Source of the DNA: a virus
IMG/VR virus record: IMGVR_UViG_3300042906_000531
Length of the DNA: 40,186 nt
Reading direction: 5' to 3' (one strand)
In this document: piece after piece, positions 1-8,462 of the stretch
How positions within the stretch are numbered: position 1 is the first letter of the stretch
Layout of the letters: every line of letters begins with the position of its first letter
Position numbers and translations under genes: made by a program
Notes under the pieces: model-generated
The model's input: the letters and a program-made list of their open reading frames with translations, nothing else
What the model was told of the DNA's origin: nothing
The model's database searches: none

Positions 1-127
1 CACAAACGTGGACATTCAACTCCAACGGTAATGCTTATGCTGATGCTGGTTCGTGGGTTAACTCTTCAGACAGAAACGTCAAAGAGAACATCCAGAACTA
101 CAGTGGTGGACTTCAGAAGATCCTTGC
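1..127. repeat. Left copy of exact 127-nt terminal duplication (identical to 40060..40186)
   Basis: Read directly: nt 1..127 (cacaaacgtggacattcaac...cttcagaagatccttgc) recur exactly at 40060..40186. Unique length is 40,059 bp, divisible by 3, so reading frame is kept across the junction. Confidence 0.97.
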
Positions 128-344
128 TTTGCAACCCGTGAAATTCAATTACATCGGTCAGGCCGATCCTCACTTAGGCTTTATCGCTCAGGATGTTGAG
201 TCAATCATTCCTGAAGTGGTTTCGTCTGTTGACACGCCTAAAGGTCAGCGTCTCGGGCTTGCGATGACTGAGATGATCGCTGTGCTTACTAACGCGGTGA
301 AAGAACTAGAGGCAAGGATTGCGTCGCTAGAGCAAAAGCCGTAG
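1..344 (+). CDS. 3' end of central tail fibre / host-specificity protein (continuation of 36870..40186); C-terminal peptidase S74 intramolecular chaperone domain
   Basis: The frame is open from nt 1 and in phase with the 36870 ORF. The translation ...[54 protein letters not shown]...AVKELEARIASLEQKP fits the S-D-x-x-x-K ... GFIAQ-[DE]-V ... P signature of self-cleaving tail-spike chaperone domains. Stop TAG at 342..344. The ORF-track entry 129..344 is only the part after an internal TTG. Confidence 0.88.
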   Translation, partial: QTWTFNSNGNAYADAGSWVNSSDRNVKENIQNYSGGLQKILALQPVKFNYIGQADPHLGFIAQDVESIIPEVVSSVDTPKGQRLGLAMTEMIAVLTNAVKELEARIASLEQKP

Positions 345-420
345 AATCAAGAAAAGACAAGACAGCCATCGTTCTGCTGGGAGTGCCTAGCGAACGTCAA
401 TCTTACCGAGCGAGGGAAAA

Positions 421-903
421 TTGGCTATCTTCAACAAGAATACGTTGACACAGGTCAGCGGGTTCAACAATCAGATTATTGCCGGTGAGCTGGTTTATAA
501 CCAGAAAACTTACTGGAATCTTACGCTCAATAATGAATCGGGTTCGCCATTCAACCTAACCGGCGCGACCATCACAAGTCAGATCATCCGTAGGCAACTC
601 TCAAACGTCAGAGACTCGAGATACGGCCTGACATTCGACATTTCCGATTACACGCCAGCTCCCACTCCAGTAAATCTCACGATCACGAATCAGAATCTCT
701 CTGGTGGATCGTTTACTCTCGTCATAGATGAGGCTGCGTGGTCGGTTCTTTCAACAGACACAGAACTGGACATTAACGCTAACAACCCTGTCGGTTTTTC
801 TGGGAACATCACGATAGCGATCCCTGCTAGCGGATCTACGCCTGCTCAAGACCTGATTGTCTTTTTATTGTTCCTCGTCAGATCTAACGGGGTGACAAAT
901 TGA
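421..903 (+). CDS. Hypothetical tail-fibre-module protein (160 aa)
   Basis: TTG start a few nt after AGGGA. The stop overlaps the start of the next gene (TTGA). No family recognised; role inferred from position only. Confidence 0.6.
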   Translation: MAIFNKNTLTQVSGFNNQIIAGELVYNQKTYWNLTLNNESGSPFNLTGATITSQIIRRQLSNVRDSRYGLTFDISDYTPAPTPVNLTITNQNLSGGSFTLVIDEAAWSVLSTDTELDINANNPVGFSGNITIAIPASGSTPAQDLIVFLLFLVRSNGVTN

Positions 904-2879
904 GCGACGTCAACCTAACCATCACTGGCGGCACACAGGTAACACTGATTGTCGATCAGGGCGTTATCGGCCCGACCGGCCCTGCGGGTGCGGGGACAGA
1001 CATTCCTGTCTCTAATGCTGGCACACAGATCACATCAGGACTTACGTCTCTTAACATCACGGGCCCCGGTGCTACAGCTACAGCAGTTGGTGGTGATGTC
1101 ACAGTCACGATTATTGGCGGTGGAGCTACAGGCCCGACCGGTGCTCAAGGCCCCACAGGCAGTCAAGGACCCACGGGTCAGCCCGGTCCTACCGGTGCTG
1201 CTTCTACAGTCCCCGGACCTACGGGCAGTCAGGGACCGACTGGAAACACCGGGCCAACAGGCCCCGCATCAACTGTGCCCGGCCCGACCGGCAGTCAAGG
1301 CCCCACTGGAAGTCAGGGACCAACCGGTGAGGCGGGCCCAACTGGCAGTCAAGGAAGTATTGGCCCAACGGGAAGCCCCGGAGCCACTGGGAGTGTTGGC
1401 CCTACGGGCCCCACAGGGCCTGCGGGGGGTGGCGGAAGTGCTATCTCGGTATCAGATGAAGGCACTCTTCTTACTTCTAGCGTTACATCTTTTAACTTCA
1501 CAGGTTCTGGTGTTACGGCGACCGCTGCGGGCGATGCGGTTACTGTAAACGTCTCTGCGGGTGTCGGCCCGACGGGCCCGACCGGGGCGGGAGGAGCCCT
1601 CGGTTATTGGGGTTCTTTCTACTCCGATACAACACAGACGATTGCATCTACAACCACCGCTTACGCGATCACGCTTAATAACACTGATCCTAATAGCTCT
1701 GGTGTAAGTATCGTCTCCGGCTCAAGGCTGACGTTTGCTTATGCGGGTGTTTACAACATCCAGTTTTCCGCGCAGATTGATAGAACGTCTGGATCTGGGA
1801 CGGACACTGTAGAGATCTGGTTTGCAAAGAATGGCGCAAACATTTCCGAATCGTCGACGAAAGTAACGATCACTGGAAGTGCGGCGCAAGCAAAAGAAGT
1901 AGCGGCGTGGAACTACATGCTTCAGGTCGCGGCTAACGATTATGTTGAGCTGTACTGGCAAGCAACAAATGTAAATATTGCACTCTTAGCCGAGCCGGGA
2001 CAAATTAACCCTGTACGTCCTGCTGTGCCATCAGTCATTCTGACGGCTCAACAAGTGATGTTTACGCAGCTCGGCCCGACCGGTGCGACGGGCGCTCAAG
2101 GCGCACAGGGCATTCAGGGAGTGACCGGCCCAACCGGAAGTCAGGGAAATATCGGCCCCACCGGAGTGCAGGGCCCCACCGGCGCACAAGGCCCGACGGG
2201 TGTGGCTGGCCCGACTGGCAGTCAGGGACCCACGGGAGAAGTCGGCCCAACCGGGGCGCAGGGAAATATTGGACCGACAGGTAGTCAGGGAGCGACCGGC
2301 CCGCAAGGCGAGATAGGCCCAACCGGAAGTCAGGGCCCGACTGGCGCTCAGGGCAATACGGGCCCCACTGGTGCTCAGGGCGATATTGGACCCACCGGAA
2401 GTCCCGGCCCGACCGGCAGTCAAGGACCCACCGGCGTACAGGGACCTACTGGAGCACAGGGCCCTACTGGCAGTCAAGGCCCGACCGGGGAAATTGGCCC
2501 CACGGGTGTACAGGGCCCCACGGGCGCGGCTTCTACAGTACCGGGACCTACGGGGGCCACGGGCCCGACAGGCCCCTCTGGTACAGGCACCAATATCTCG
2601 GTCTCAGACGATGGCACCCTACTAACGTCTGGCGTTACGTCTTTTGACTTTGTTGGGGCTGGCGTAACGGCAACCGCAGTAGGAACGGCAGTCACGGTAA
2701 CGATCAGCGGAGGTGGTGGAGGCGGTTCATCGGTCATTCTTGAGAACCAGCGCACGATCTCAAGCAATTACACAATTACAGACGGGTATAACGGATTAAG
2801 CGTAGGTCCTGTTACGGTTAATACAAGCGTCGGCGTAACGGTAGGTACCGGCGAGCGCTGGGTTGTTATGAATTTCTAA
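900..2879 (+). CDS. Collagen-like tail fibre protein with central globular (possibly C1q/BclA-like) domain
   Basis: 659 aa. Two long Gly-X-Y blocks ([12 protein letters not shown]...) flank a non-collagen segment ([13 protein letters not shown]...[10 protein letters not shown]...[10 protein letters not shown]). There are three copies of a ~37-aa unit (ISVSD.GTLLTS.VTSF.F.G.GVTATA.G.AVTV), starting near 1002, 1443 and 2595. Confidence 0.9.
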   Translation: MSDVNLTITGGTQVTLIVDQGVIGPTGPAGAGTDIPVSNAGTQITSGLTSLNITGPGATATAVGGDVTVTIIGGGATGPTGAQGPTGSQGPTGQPGPTGAASTVPGPTGSQGPTGNTGPTGPASTVPGPTGSQGPTGSQGPTGEAGPTGSQGSIGPTGSPGATGSVGPTGPTGPAGGGGSAISVSDEGTLLTSSVTSFNFTGSGVTATAAGDAVTVNVSAGVGPTGPTGAGGALGYWGSFYSDTTQTIASTTTAYAITLNNTDPNSSGVSIVSGSRLTFAYAGVYNIQFSAQIDRTSGSGTDTVEIWFAKNGANISESSTKVTITGSAAQAKEVAAWNYMLQVAANDYVELYWQATNVNIALLAEPGQINPVRPAVPSVILTAQQVMFTQLGPTGATGAQGAQGIQGVTGPTGSQGNIGPTGVQGPTGAQGPTGVAGPTGSQGPTGEVGPTGAQGNIGPTGSQGATGPQGEIGPTGSQGPTGAQGNTGPTGAQGDIGPTGSPGPTGSQGPTGVQGPTGAQGPTGSQGPTGEIGPTGVQGPTGAASTVPGPTGATGPTGPSGTGTNISVSDDGTLLTSGVTSFDFVGAGVTATAVGTAVTVTISGGGGGGSSVILENQRTISSNYTITDGYNGLSVGPVTVNTSVGVTVGTGERWVVMNF

Positions 2880-2890
2880 AGGAAAGTGTC

Positions 2891-3331
2891 ATGTCCTCAT
2901 TTGTCGTTCAAGGTAACTCTAGCGGTACTGGCGCTCACACCATTCAGTCGTCGGCAACCAATAGCTCCATCACACAAACCCTGCCTACGGTTGCAAGCAC
3001 TACACTGGGTTATCTGAATGCGCCGTTAGATAGTAAGACGGCCAACTATCCGATAGTGGATGGCGATCAGGGCAAGACCATTTATCTTGCTTCTGGCTCT
3101 GGTGTGACGTTCACGATCCCTGCGAATGCTTCTGTAGCGTTTGAGAATGGAACGGTACTGACGTTCATTAACATGAGTTCTAGCAGCCTGTCGATTGCAA
3201 TCACGAGCGACACGATGTATCAAGCAGGGACGGGCAGTACAGGCACAAGGACGCTGGCTCAGTACGGGATTGCAACAGCGATCAAGATGACATCAACAAC
3301 GTGGCTGATCTCTGGCAACGGGTTGACCTAA
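2891..3331 (+). CDS. Hypothetical tail-fibre-associated protein (146 aa)
   Basis: ATG preceded by AAGGAAAG. Ser/Thr-rich, beta-type sequence. Packed between the collagen fibre and the LamG protein, and its stop is 1 nt before the next start. Confidence 0.7.
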   Translation: MSSFVVQGNSSGTGAHTIQSSATNSSITQTLPTVASTTLGYLNAPLDSKTANYPIVDGDQGKTIYLASGSGVTFTIPANASVAFENGTVLTFINMSSSSLSIAITSDTMYQAGTGSTGTRTLAQYGIATAIKMTSTTWLISGNGLT

Positions 3332-3332
3332 C

Positions 3333-5429
3333 ATGACCGGCATTCTCAACGCCCTGATTGCGGGTGTATCTGGCGCAGTCAAAGACACCTACTTCAACCT
3401 TGTCTCTCTGCTGCTCCCCGGCAACGGCACCAACGGCGCTACCAACAATTCCTTCGTTGATTCCAGCACGGCAAACGGCGGCACTGGATGGCCTATCACC
3501 CGCAACGGTGACACTACGCAGGGAACCTTTAGCCCCTTCTCACAGACGGGGTGGGGGAATTATTTTGATGGGACGGATGATTATCTAAGTGTTGCAGATA
3601 CGGCTGCATTGGATTTCGGATCAGGTAATTTCACGATTGAGACGTGGATTTACATGACTGGTGGTAGCGGTGCCACTAGGATGATATTTGGGAAGTGGGT
3701 ATCTAACGTAGGTATCGAATTGTATGTCAGTACCGCTAATAAACTTGAGGTTTATATCAATGCAGGTGTAGGTGCAACATCCACGGGAACGCTTGCATTG
3801 AATCGGTGGCATCACGTTGCGCTTGTTCGCTCTGGCACGGGTTCAAATCAAACAAAGTTATATATCGACGGCTCAGAAGATGGTAGTGGAACCGCTGGAT
3901 CAAGCGTAGATAACGCCGCAGCATTAAATATTGGTACATCAAACGCAGGCTCAAATGACTTCACGGGTTACATGTCGAATTACCGTGTTGTTAAAGGTAT
4001 TGCTGTTTACACCGGAAACTTCACTGTACCAACCAGTCCATTAGCGGCAACTCAAGCGGCAGGGACAAATATCTCGGCAATTACAGGCACAGAAACATCG
4101 TTATTGACATGCCAATCCAATCGTTGCAAAGACAGTAGTTCAACACCGCTAACCGTCACACCATCAGGCAACGTAGCAGTCACACCCTTCTCTCCCTTCG
4201 CACCAACGTCCTCCTACAGTGCTGCCGCAGTGGGTGGTAGCGGGTACTTTGATGGGAGTGGGGATTATTTGACGATTGCCAATCAAACGGCATTGCAGTT
4301 GTCTGGTGATTTTACGATTGATGGCTGGATTTATGGTGATAATTCAGGAAACAATACTGGATCGTCAATTATTGGCGATTACTTTAGAAATAATGCGGAG
4401 GCAACAAGCCAGTACCAAATTGCGTGGAATGAAACTGGTAAAGCCATAACCTTTTATCTAAAAACGTCCGGCGGTTCTATTTCTTTATCAACAAGTAACG
4501 GAACGGCACCACCGTTTAGTTGGAACCATTTTGCATTAGTACGAAGCGGATCAACGATTAGGCTGTACTGCAATGGCGTTGGCACATCAACGGTAAATGA
4601 CTCAACTCAGCTTAACTCTGGTTTTGGGACATGGATTGGCGTTGATGCAAACAATACAAGCGAAATTTTTGGTGGTTACATTGCTAATTTAAGGGTTGTT
4701 AAGGGAACTGCTATATATGACCCATCGCAATCAACTTTAACGGTTCCAACCGCATTAACGACAGCAGTCTCAGGAACCTCCCTCCTCCTCAACTTCACCA
4801 ACGCTGGTGTCGTCGATGCCACTGCGAAGAACGTGCTGGAGACAGAGGGCAATGCACAGATCAGCACTGCACAGAGCAAGTGGGGTGGTGGGAGTATTTA
4901 TTTTGCAAGCGCATCAAACAGCAATCTACTAGGTAATACCCCATCAAATTGGACATTTCTGCACGATGGATCAACATGGACTGTTGAGTTTTGGTTGTAT
5001 CCAACTAATGTATCAAGTTTTCAAGGGCTTATTGCTACTAATGGAGCTGGATCGACCAATATAGGCCTTAGTTTTGCAATAAATGCCGGAGCAATAAGCA
5101 TATCGTTTACCAGAGGTGTTTCTGGTAGTTCTGCATCATTTACTTCAAGTGCTGTGTTAAACGCCAATCAATGGAACTATGTCGGCGTAACATTTACTGG
5201 CTCAACAAAAACATGCGCTTTTTTCATTAACGGCGCATCAGCGGGTTCATCGTCTAACACTGGATTTGCCTACTCATCTTCTACTTCAACGTATCCGCCT
5301 TATATAGGTCAAACAGGTGATCCATCATATCCTTACTACTTTAATGGATACATTGATGACCTTCGCATAACACGAGGTGTAGCAAGAACCATCACTGCAA
5401 ACCCAACCGCACCCTTCCCAGTCCAGTGA
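3333..5429 (+). CDS. Triple LamG / concanavalin-A-like lectin domain protein (putative receptor-binding tail protein)
   Basis: 698 aa with three repeats of the Laminin_G_3-type pattern: GNFTIETWIY...WHHVALVRSG...KLYIDG; GDFTIDGWIY...WNHFALVRSGSTIRLYCNG; TWTVEFWLY...WNYVGVTFTGSTKTCAFFINGA. Confidence 0.8.
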   Translation: MTGILNALIAGVSGAVKDTYFNLVSLLLPGNGTNGATNNSFVDSSTANGGTGWPITRNGDTTQGTFSPFSQTGWGNYFDGTDDYLSVADTAALDFGSGNFTIETWIYMTGGSGATRMIFGKWVSNVGIELYVSTANKLEVYINAGVGATSTGTLALNRWHHVALVRSGTGSNQTKLYIDGSEDGSGTAGSSVDNAAALNIGTSNAGSNDFTGYMSNYRVVKGIAVYTGNFTVPTSPLAATQAAGTNISAITGTETSLLTCQSNRCKDSSSTPLTVTPSGNVAVTPFSPFAPTSSYSAAAVGGSGYFDGSGDYLTIANQTALQLSGDFTIDGWIYGDNSGNNTGSSIIGDYFRNNAEATSQYQIAWNETGKAITFYLKTSGGSISLSTSNGTAPPFSWNHFALVRSGSTIRLYCNGVGTSTVNDSTQLNSGFGTWIGVDANNTSEIFGGYIANLRVVKGTAIYDPSQSTLTVPTALTTAVSGTSLLLNFTNAGVVDATAKNVLETEGNAQISTAQSKWGGGSIYFASASNSNLLGNTPSNWTFLHDGSTWTVEFWLYPTNVSSFQGLIATNGAGSTNIGLSFAINAGAISISFTRGVSGSSASFTSSAVLNANQWNYVGVTFTGSTKTCAFFINGASAGSSSNTGFAYSSSTSTYPPYIGQTGDPSYPYYFNGYIDDLRITRGVARTITANPTAPFPVQ

Positions 5430-5437
5430 GGTAACAC

Positions 5438-5728
5438 ATGCTCTACAGCAAACTAGGATCAATACCAAAGCCTGAGACAGATGGCACTGAAGGCTGGATC
5501 GAAGTCCCTGATGCACCAGAATGTCCAGAGGGCAAGGAAGTGGTGTGGTGGGGTAGTGAGTGGGTCATCCGTGATCCAAAGCCACAAGACAGAGCAGGCT
5601 ATCAGTGGAATTGGAATCACGGCGATAAAGCGTGGGTGGAGTGCGCTTATCCGGTGACTGCTGTAGAGACGGTTGAGACGATTGTTGCTAGCATGACTGC
5701 TGACAGTTTGGGAGCAGACTCTATATAA
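5438..5728 (+). CDS. Hypothetical protein (96 aa), last gene of the fibre module
   Basis: ATG 8 nt after the upstream stop, preceded by GAGG. Trp-rich, acidic. No family recognised, and a fibre-assembly role is only a positional guess. Confidence 0.6.
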   Translation: MLYSKLGSIPKPETDGTEGWIEVPDAPECPEGKEVVWWGSEWVIRDPKPQDRAGYQWNWNHGDKAWVECAYPVTAVETVETIVASMTADSLGADSI

Positions 5729-5792
5729 TGACGAAAGCCCGTGGTGCTACCAACACACACGAGCCTTCTAACCAAAAACGAGGACATTCGTT

Positions 5793-6305
5793 ATGGCTGC
5801 AAAGATTCTACCAATAGAAACGCTGCAAAGGTTGTTTCGCTACGATCCAGAGTCAGGAAATATTTACTGGATCGTAGTAGGTAAAGGAAAGACAAAAAAG
5901 AAGCCTGCTGGCACCGTGGTTCAGGCTGGCTATATAGGCATTCTTATTGACGGCAAGCGATACTATGCACATAGGATAGCGTGGGCTTTACATCACGGCA
6001 GGCATCCAGAGCTTCATCTAGATCACATTAACGGCATCAAGACTGACAATCGCATTGCCAATCTTAGAGAAGCTAACGATATGCAGAATGCTAGGAACTC
6101 AAAAAAGCCCGTCAACAATACTAGCGGTTACACCGGCGTGTCATACTGTAAGTTAACAAATAAATGGCGGGTTTTAATTAAAGTCAATAGAAAGTCAATT
6201 TCTTTTGGACGGCACGCATGTATTGAAGATGCTGTTAAAGCAAGAAAAGAGGCTGAGATAAGATACTTTGGCGAATGGAGAAAACAAGATGAAAATATGC
6301 GTTAA
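5793..6305 (+). CDS. HNH homing endonuclease with AP2 DNA-binding domain
   Basis: YAHRIAWALHHGRHPELHLDHINGIKTDNRIANLREA (HNH_3-type motif), followed by SGYTGVSY...KWRVLIKVNRKSISFGRH...AVKARKEAEIRYFGE (AP2-type). GAGGA lies upstream of the ATG. Confidence 0.9.
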   Translation: MAAKILPIETLQRLFRYDPESGNIYWIVVGKGKTKKKPAGTVVQAGYIGILIDGKRYYAHRIAWALHHGRHPELHLDHINGIKTDNRIANLREANDMQNARNSKKPVNNTSGYTGVSYCKLTNKWRVLIKVNRKSISFGRHACIEDAVKARKEAEIRYFGEWRKQDENMR

Positions 6306-7350
6306 CGCAATATCAAAAAACGAAGCTCAGTTTGTAAAGCGTTTTTACGAGTCGGCCAAAAATGCCGACTTAATCATTCTTGCTGACACAGGCTCAACAG
6401 ATGGAACCGCTGATCTTGCTAGAGAGTGCGGTATTACTGTTTACGACATCTCAATCATCCCGTGGCGTTTTGACCTAGCAAGAAACGCTGCTCTAGCTTT
6501 AGTGCCTGCCGACGTTGATGTAATCGTCTCTCTTGATCTTGATGAGGTTCTTGAGCCCGGATGGCGCGAGGAAATAGAAAGAGTCTGGACTCCAGAGACT
6601 ACAAGACTTAGATATAAATTCGACTGGGGTCAAGGCATTTGCTTTTACTACGAAAAGATCTTCGCAAAGAAGGGCTACAGGTTCCACCATAGTATTCACG
6701 AATACCCTAGACCCGATCTCCGCATCAAAGAAGTCTATGCCCAAACAGACATGCTTCTTGTTTCTCATCATCCCGATCCTACTAAGTCACGAGGGCAGTA
6801 TCTAGACCTGCTCAGGATGGCCGTTAAAGAGGATCCTAGGTGCCCTAGAAACGCTTTCTACTTCGCCCGTGAGCTTACCTTCTATCATCTCTGGGATGAG
6901 GCTATAGACGCTCTCAAGACGTATCTGAACATGCCAGAAGCAACGTGGCCGAACGAACGATGTTATGCAATGAGACTGTTAGGCAAGGCCTATGACCACA
7001 AACTCAACGGTTGGGAAGCTCTGAAGTGGTTTCGGATGTCCATAGCCGAAGCTCCGGGAACTCGAGAGCCGTGGGTGGACGCTGCGATGTCCTACTACAC
7101 GAAGTCGATGTGGCGAGAGTGTTATCACGCAGCGACGATGGCTTTAGAGATCAAGAACAAAGAGCTTGTCTATACTTGTGACCCCGAGGTCTGGGGATTC
7201 AAGCCACATGACTTAGCAGCGATTTCTGCTTACAATTTAGGCTACACAGACGAAGCCATACGACACGGAGCCGAGGCAGTCAGACTGTCTCCTAATGATG
7301 AACGGCTGATTAGGAATCTCGACTACTATGGAAAGTCAAAATCTGATTAA
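6289..7350 (+). CDS. Family-2-like glycosyltransferase fused to TPR-like C-terminal region
   Basis: The start is taken at ATG 6289 (MKICVNAISKNE...), with GGAG about 8 nt upstream. ...LADTGSTDGT...PWRFDLARNAAL...VSLDLDEVL (DxD) fits the GT-A/GT2 N-terminal pattern. The C-terminal half is helical and TPR-like. It overlaps the HNH gene by 17 nt. Confidence 0.72.
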   Translation: MKICVNAISKNEAQFVKRFYESAKNADLIILADTGSTDGTADLARECGITVYDISIIPWRFDLARNAALALVPADVDVIVSLDLDEVLEPGWREEIERVWTPETTRLRYKFDWGQGICFYYEKIFAKKGYRFHHSIHEYPRPDLRIKEVYAQTDMLLVSHHPDPTKSRGQYLDLLRMAVKEDPRCPRNAFYFARELTFYHLWDEAIDALKTYLNMPEATWPNERCYAMRLLGKAYDHKLNGWEALKWFRMSIAEAPGTREPWVDAAMSYYTKSMWRECYHAATMALEIKNKELVYTCDPEVWGFKPHDLAAISAYNLGYTDEAIRHGAEAVRLSPNDERLIRNLDYYGKSKSD

Positions 7351-7561
7351 CGGCCTCTTCGGTGTTTTATGTGCCGTAGCCGGTTGGTTCTTCCGTGTTC
7401 TGTGGGAAGCCCAGAAAGATCTGCAAAAGGATCTAGGTGAACTAGAGAAGGGTCTACCCCATACTTATGTATTAAAGTCTGATTATCAGCAAGACATTAC
7501 CGAGATCAAGATCATGTTAAGCAGGATCTTTGACAAGCTCGATGCCAAAGTTGATAAATGA
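7328..7561 (+). CDS. Small membrane protein with N-terminal TM helix and coiled-coil tail (holin/antiholin or i-spanin-like; unresolved)
   Basis: 77 aa. LINGLFGVLCAVAGWFFRVLW is the TM segment, followed by a charged helical tail ending DKLDAKVDK. ATGA overlap with the endolysin start. Confidence 0.7.
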   Translation: MESQNLINGLFGVLCAVAGWFFRVLWEAQKDLQKDLGELEKGLPHTYVLKSDYQQDITEIKIMLSRIFDKLDAKVDK

Positions 7562-8052
7562 GTTTTGAAGCGGCCTTCAATAAGATGATCGAGGACGAAG
7601 GTGGATACGTCCTGCATAAGATTGATGGCGACACCGGCGGATTAACCTACGCGGGCATTGCGAGAAACAAGAACCCGCACTGGCCGGGATGGGGCTTTAT
7701 CGACAGAGAAGAAACTCCACCGACTCAGATGGTCAGGGACTTCTACAAGTCTGAGTTCTGGGATCGCGTACAGGGCGACCAACTCAATCCTGTCATCGCT
7801 TCCTCTATTTTTAACTTCGCAGTTAACGCGGGTGTTTCTGTGGCTTCTAAACTTGCCCAGATATGCGTTAAAACGGCCCCAGACGGCGTTATCGGGGCTA
7901 AGACCATACAAGCACTCAACCAGATGAACGAAGAGCTTTTTGTGGCTTCCTATGCGCTTGCAAAGATCGCTAGATATAGAGACATCGTGATGAGAGATAG
8001 GTCACAGATCAAGTTTCTTTTAGGCTGGCTTAACCGAGCACTGAAGCTGTGA
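7558..8052 (+). CDS. Endolysin, glycoside hydrolase family 108 lysozyme with PG-binding C-terminal part
   Basis: The N-terminus FNKMIEDEGGYVLHKIDGDTGGLTYAGIAR matches the GH108 EGGY...D.GG.T..GI motif. The gene sits in the lysis cassette. Confidence 0.88.
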   Translation: MSFEAAFNKMIEDEGGYVLHKIDGDTGGLTYAGIARNKNPHWPGWGFIDREETPPTQMVRDFYKSEFWDRVQGDQLNPVIASSIFNFAVNAGVSVASKLAQICVKTAPDGVIGAKTIQALNQMNEELFVASYALAKIARYRDIVMRDRSQIKFLLGWLNRALKL

Positions 8053-8462
8053 ACATCCTAGGTATTTCATCTGTTGTTGAGTCCGTCGGTAAGGTTATCG
8101 GCGACCTTCACACATCCGACAAAGAGCGGATGGAGCTGGAGTTAGAGTCCAAAAGAATAGATCAGGCTATCGACCTCGGCCAAATGGAAGTCAATAAGGT
8201 CGAGGCTGCGAATCAGAATCTCTTTGTAGCCGGATGGCGACCTGCTATCGGTTGGGTTGGTGCAGGCGCGATGTTTTATCAGTTTCTTTTCTACCCTCTT
8301 CTCGTTTGGGCGTGGGTCTGGCTGCAAGCTGAAGGATATGTTCCCAGAGAAGTAAAGCCTCCTCCTATGTTGGACACTGATGCTCTCTGGGTTATTTTGA
8401 GCGGGATGTTGGGGATTGCTGGAATGCGCTCTTTTGAAAAGAGTCGCGGTGTAGCTCGGTAA
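8049..8462 (+). CDS. Holin, 3-TM 'GTA-type' holin family
   Basis: GTG start overlapping the endolysin stop. The N-terminal charged helix, then NLFVAGWRPAIGWVGAGAMFYQFLFYPLLVWAW... and the ...GMRSFEKSRG end resemble the 3TM holin family described from gene transfer agents. Confidence 0.78.
   Translation: MNILGISSVVESVGKVIGDLHTSDKERMELELESKRIDQAIDLGQMEVNKVEAANQNLFVAGWRPAIGWVGAGAMFYQFLFYPLLVWAWVWLQAEGYVPREVKPPPMLDTDALWVILSGMLGIAGMRSFEKSRGVAR

Noticed and set aside
1-127. The 127-nt end duplication as a genuine direct terminal repeat of the virion DNA.
   Set aside because: It falls in the middle of an essential structural gene, and its length equals a common maximum assembler k-mer. An HNH/TerS arrangement typical of cos phages lies elsewhere. 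The question is left open for experimental terminus mapping.
949-2767. Alternative-frame and antisense ORFs inside the collagen-like fibre gene (949..1548, 2031..2477, 2062..2322, 2371..2625, 2474..2767). Analogous ones occur at 38626..38835 and 39677..40009.
   Set aside because: The stop-free frames are a by-product of the GGN-CCN-ACN triplet periodicity. The products are Arg/Pro/Ala low complexity with no start signals.
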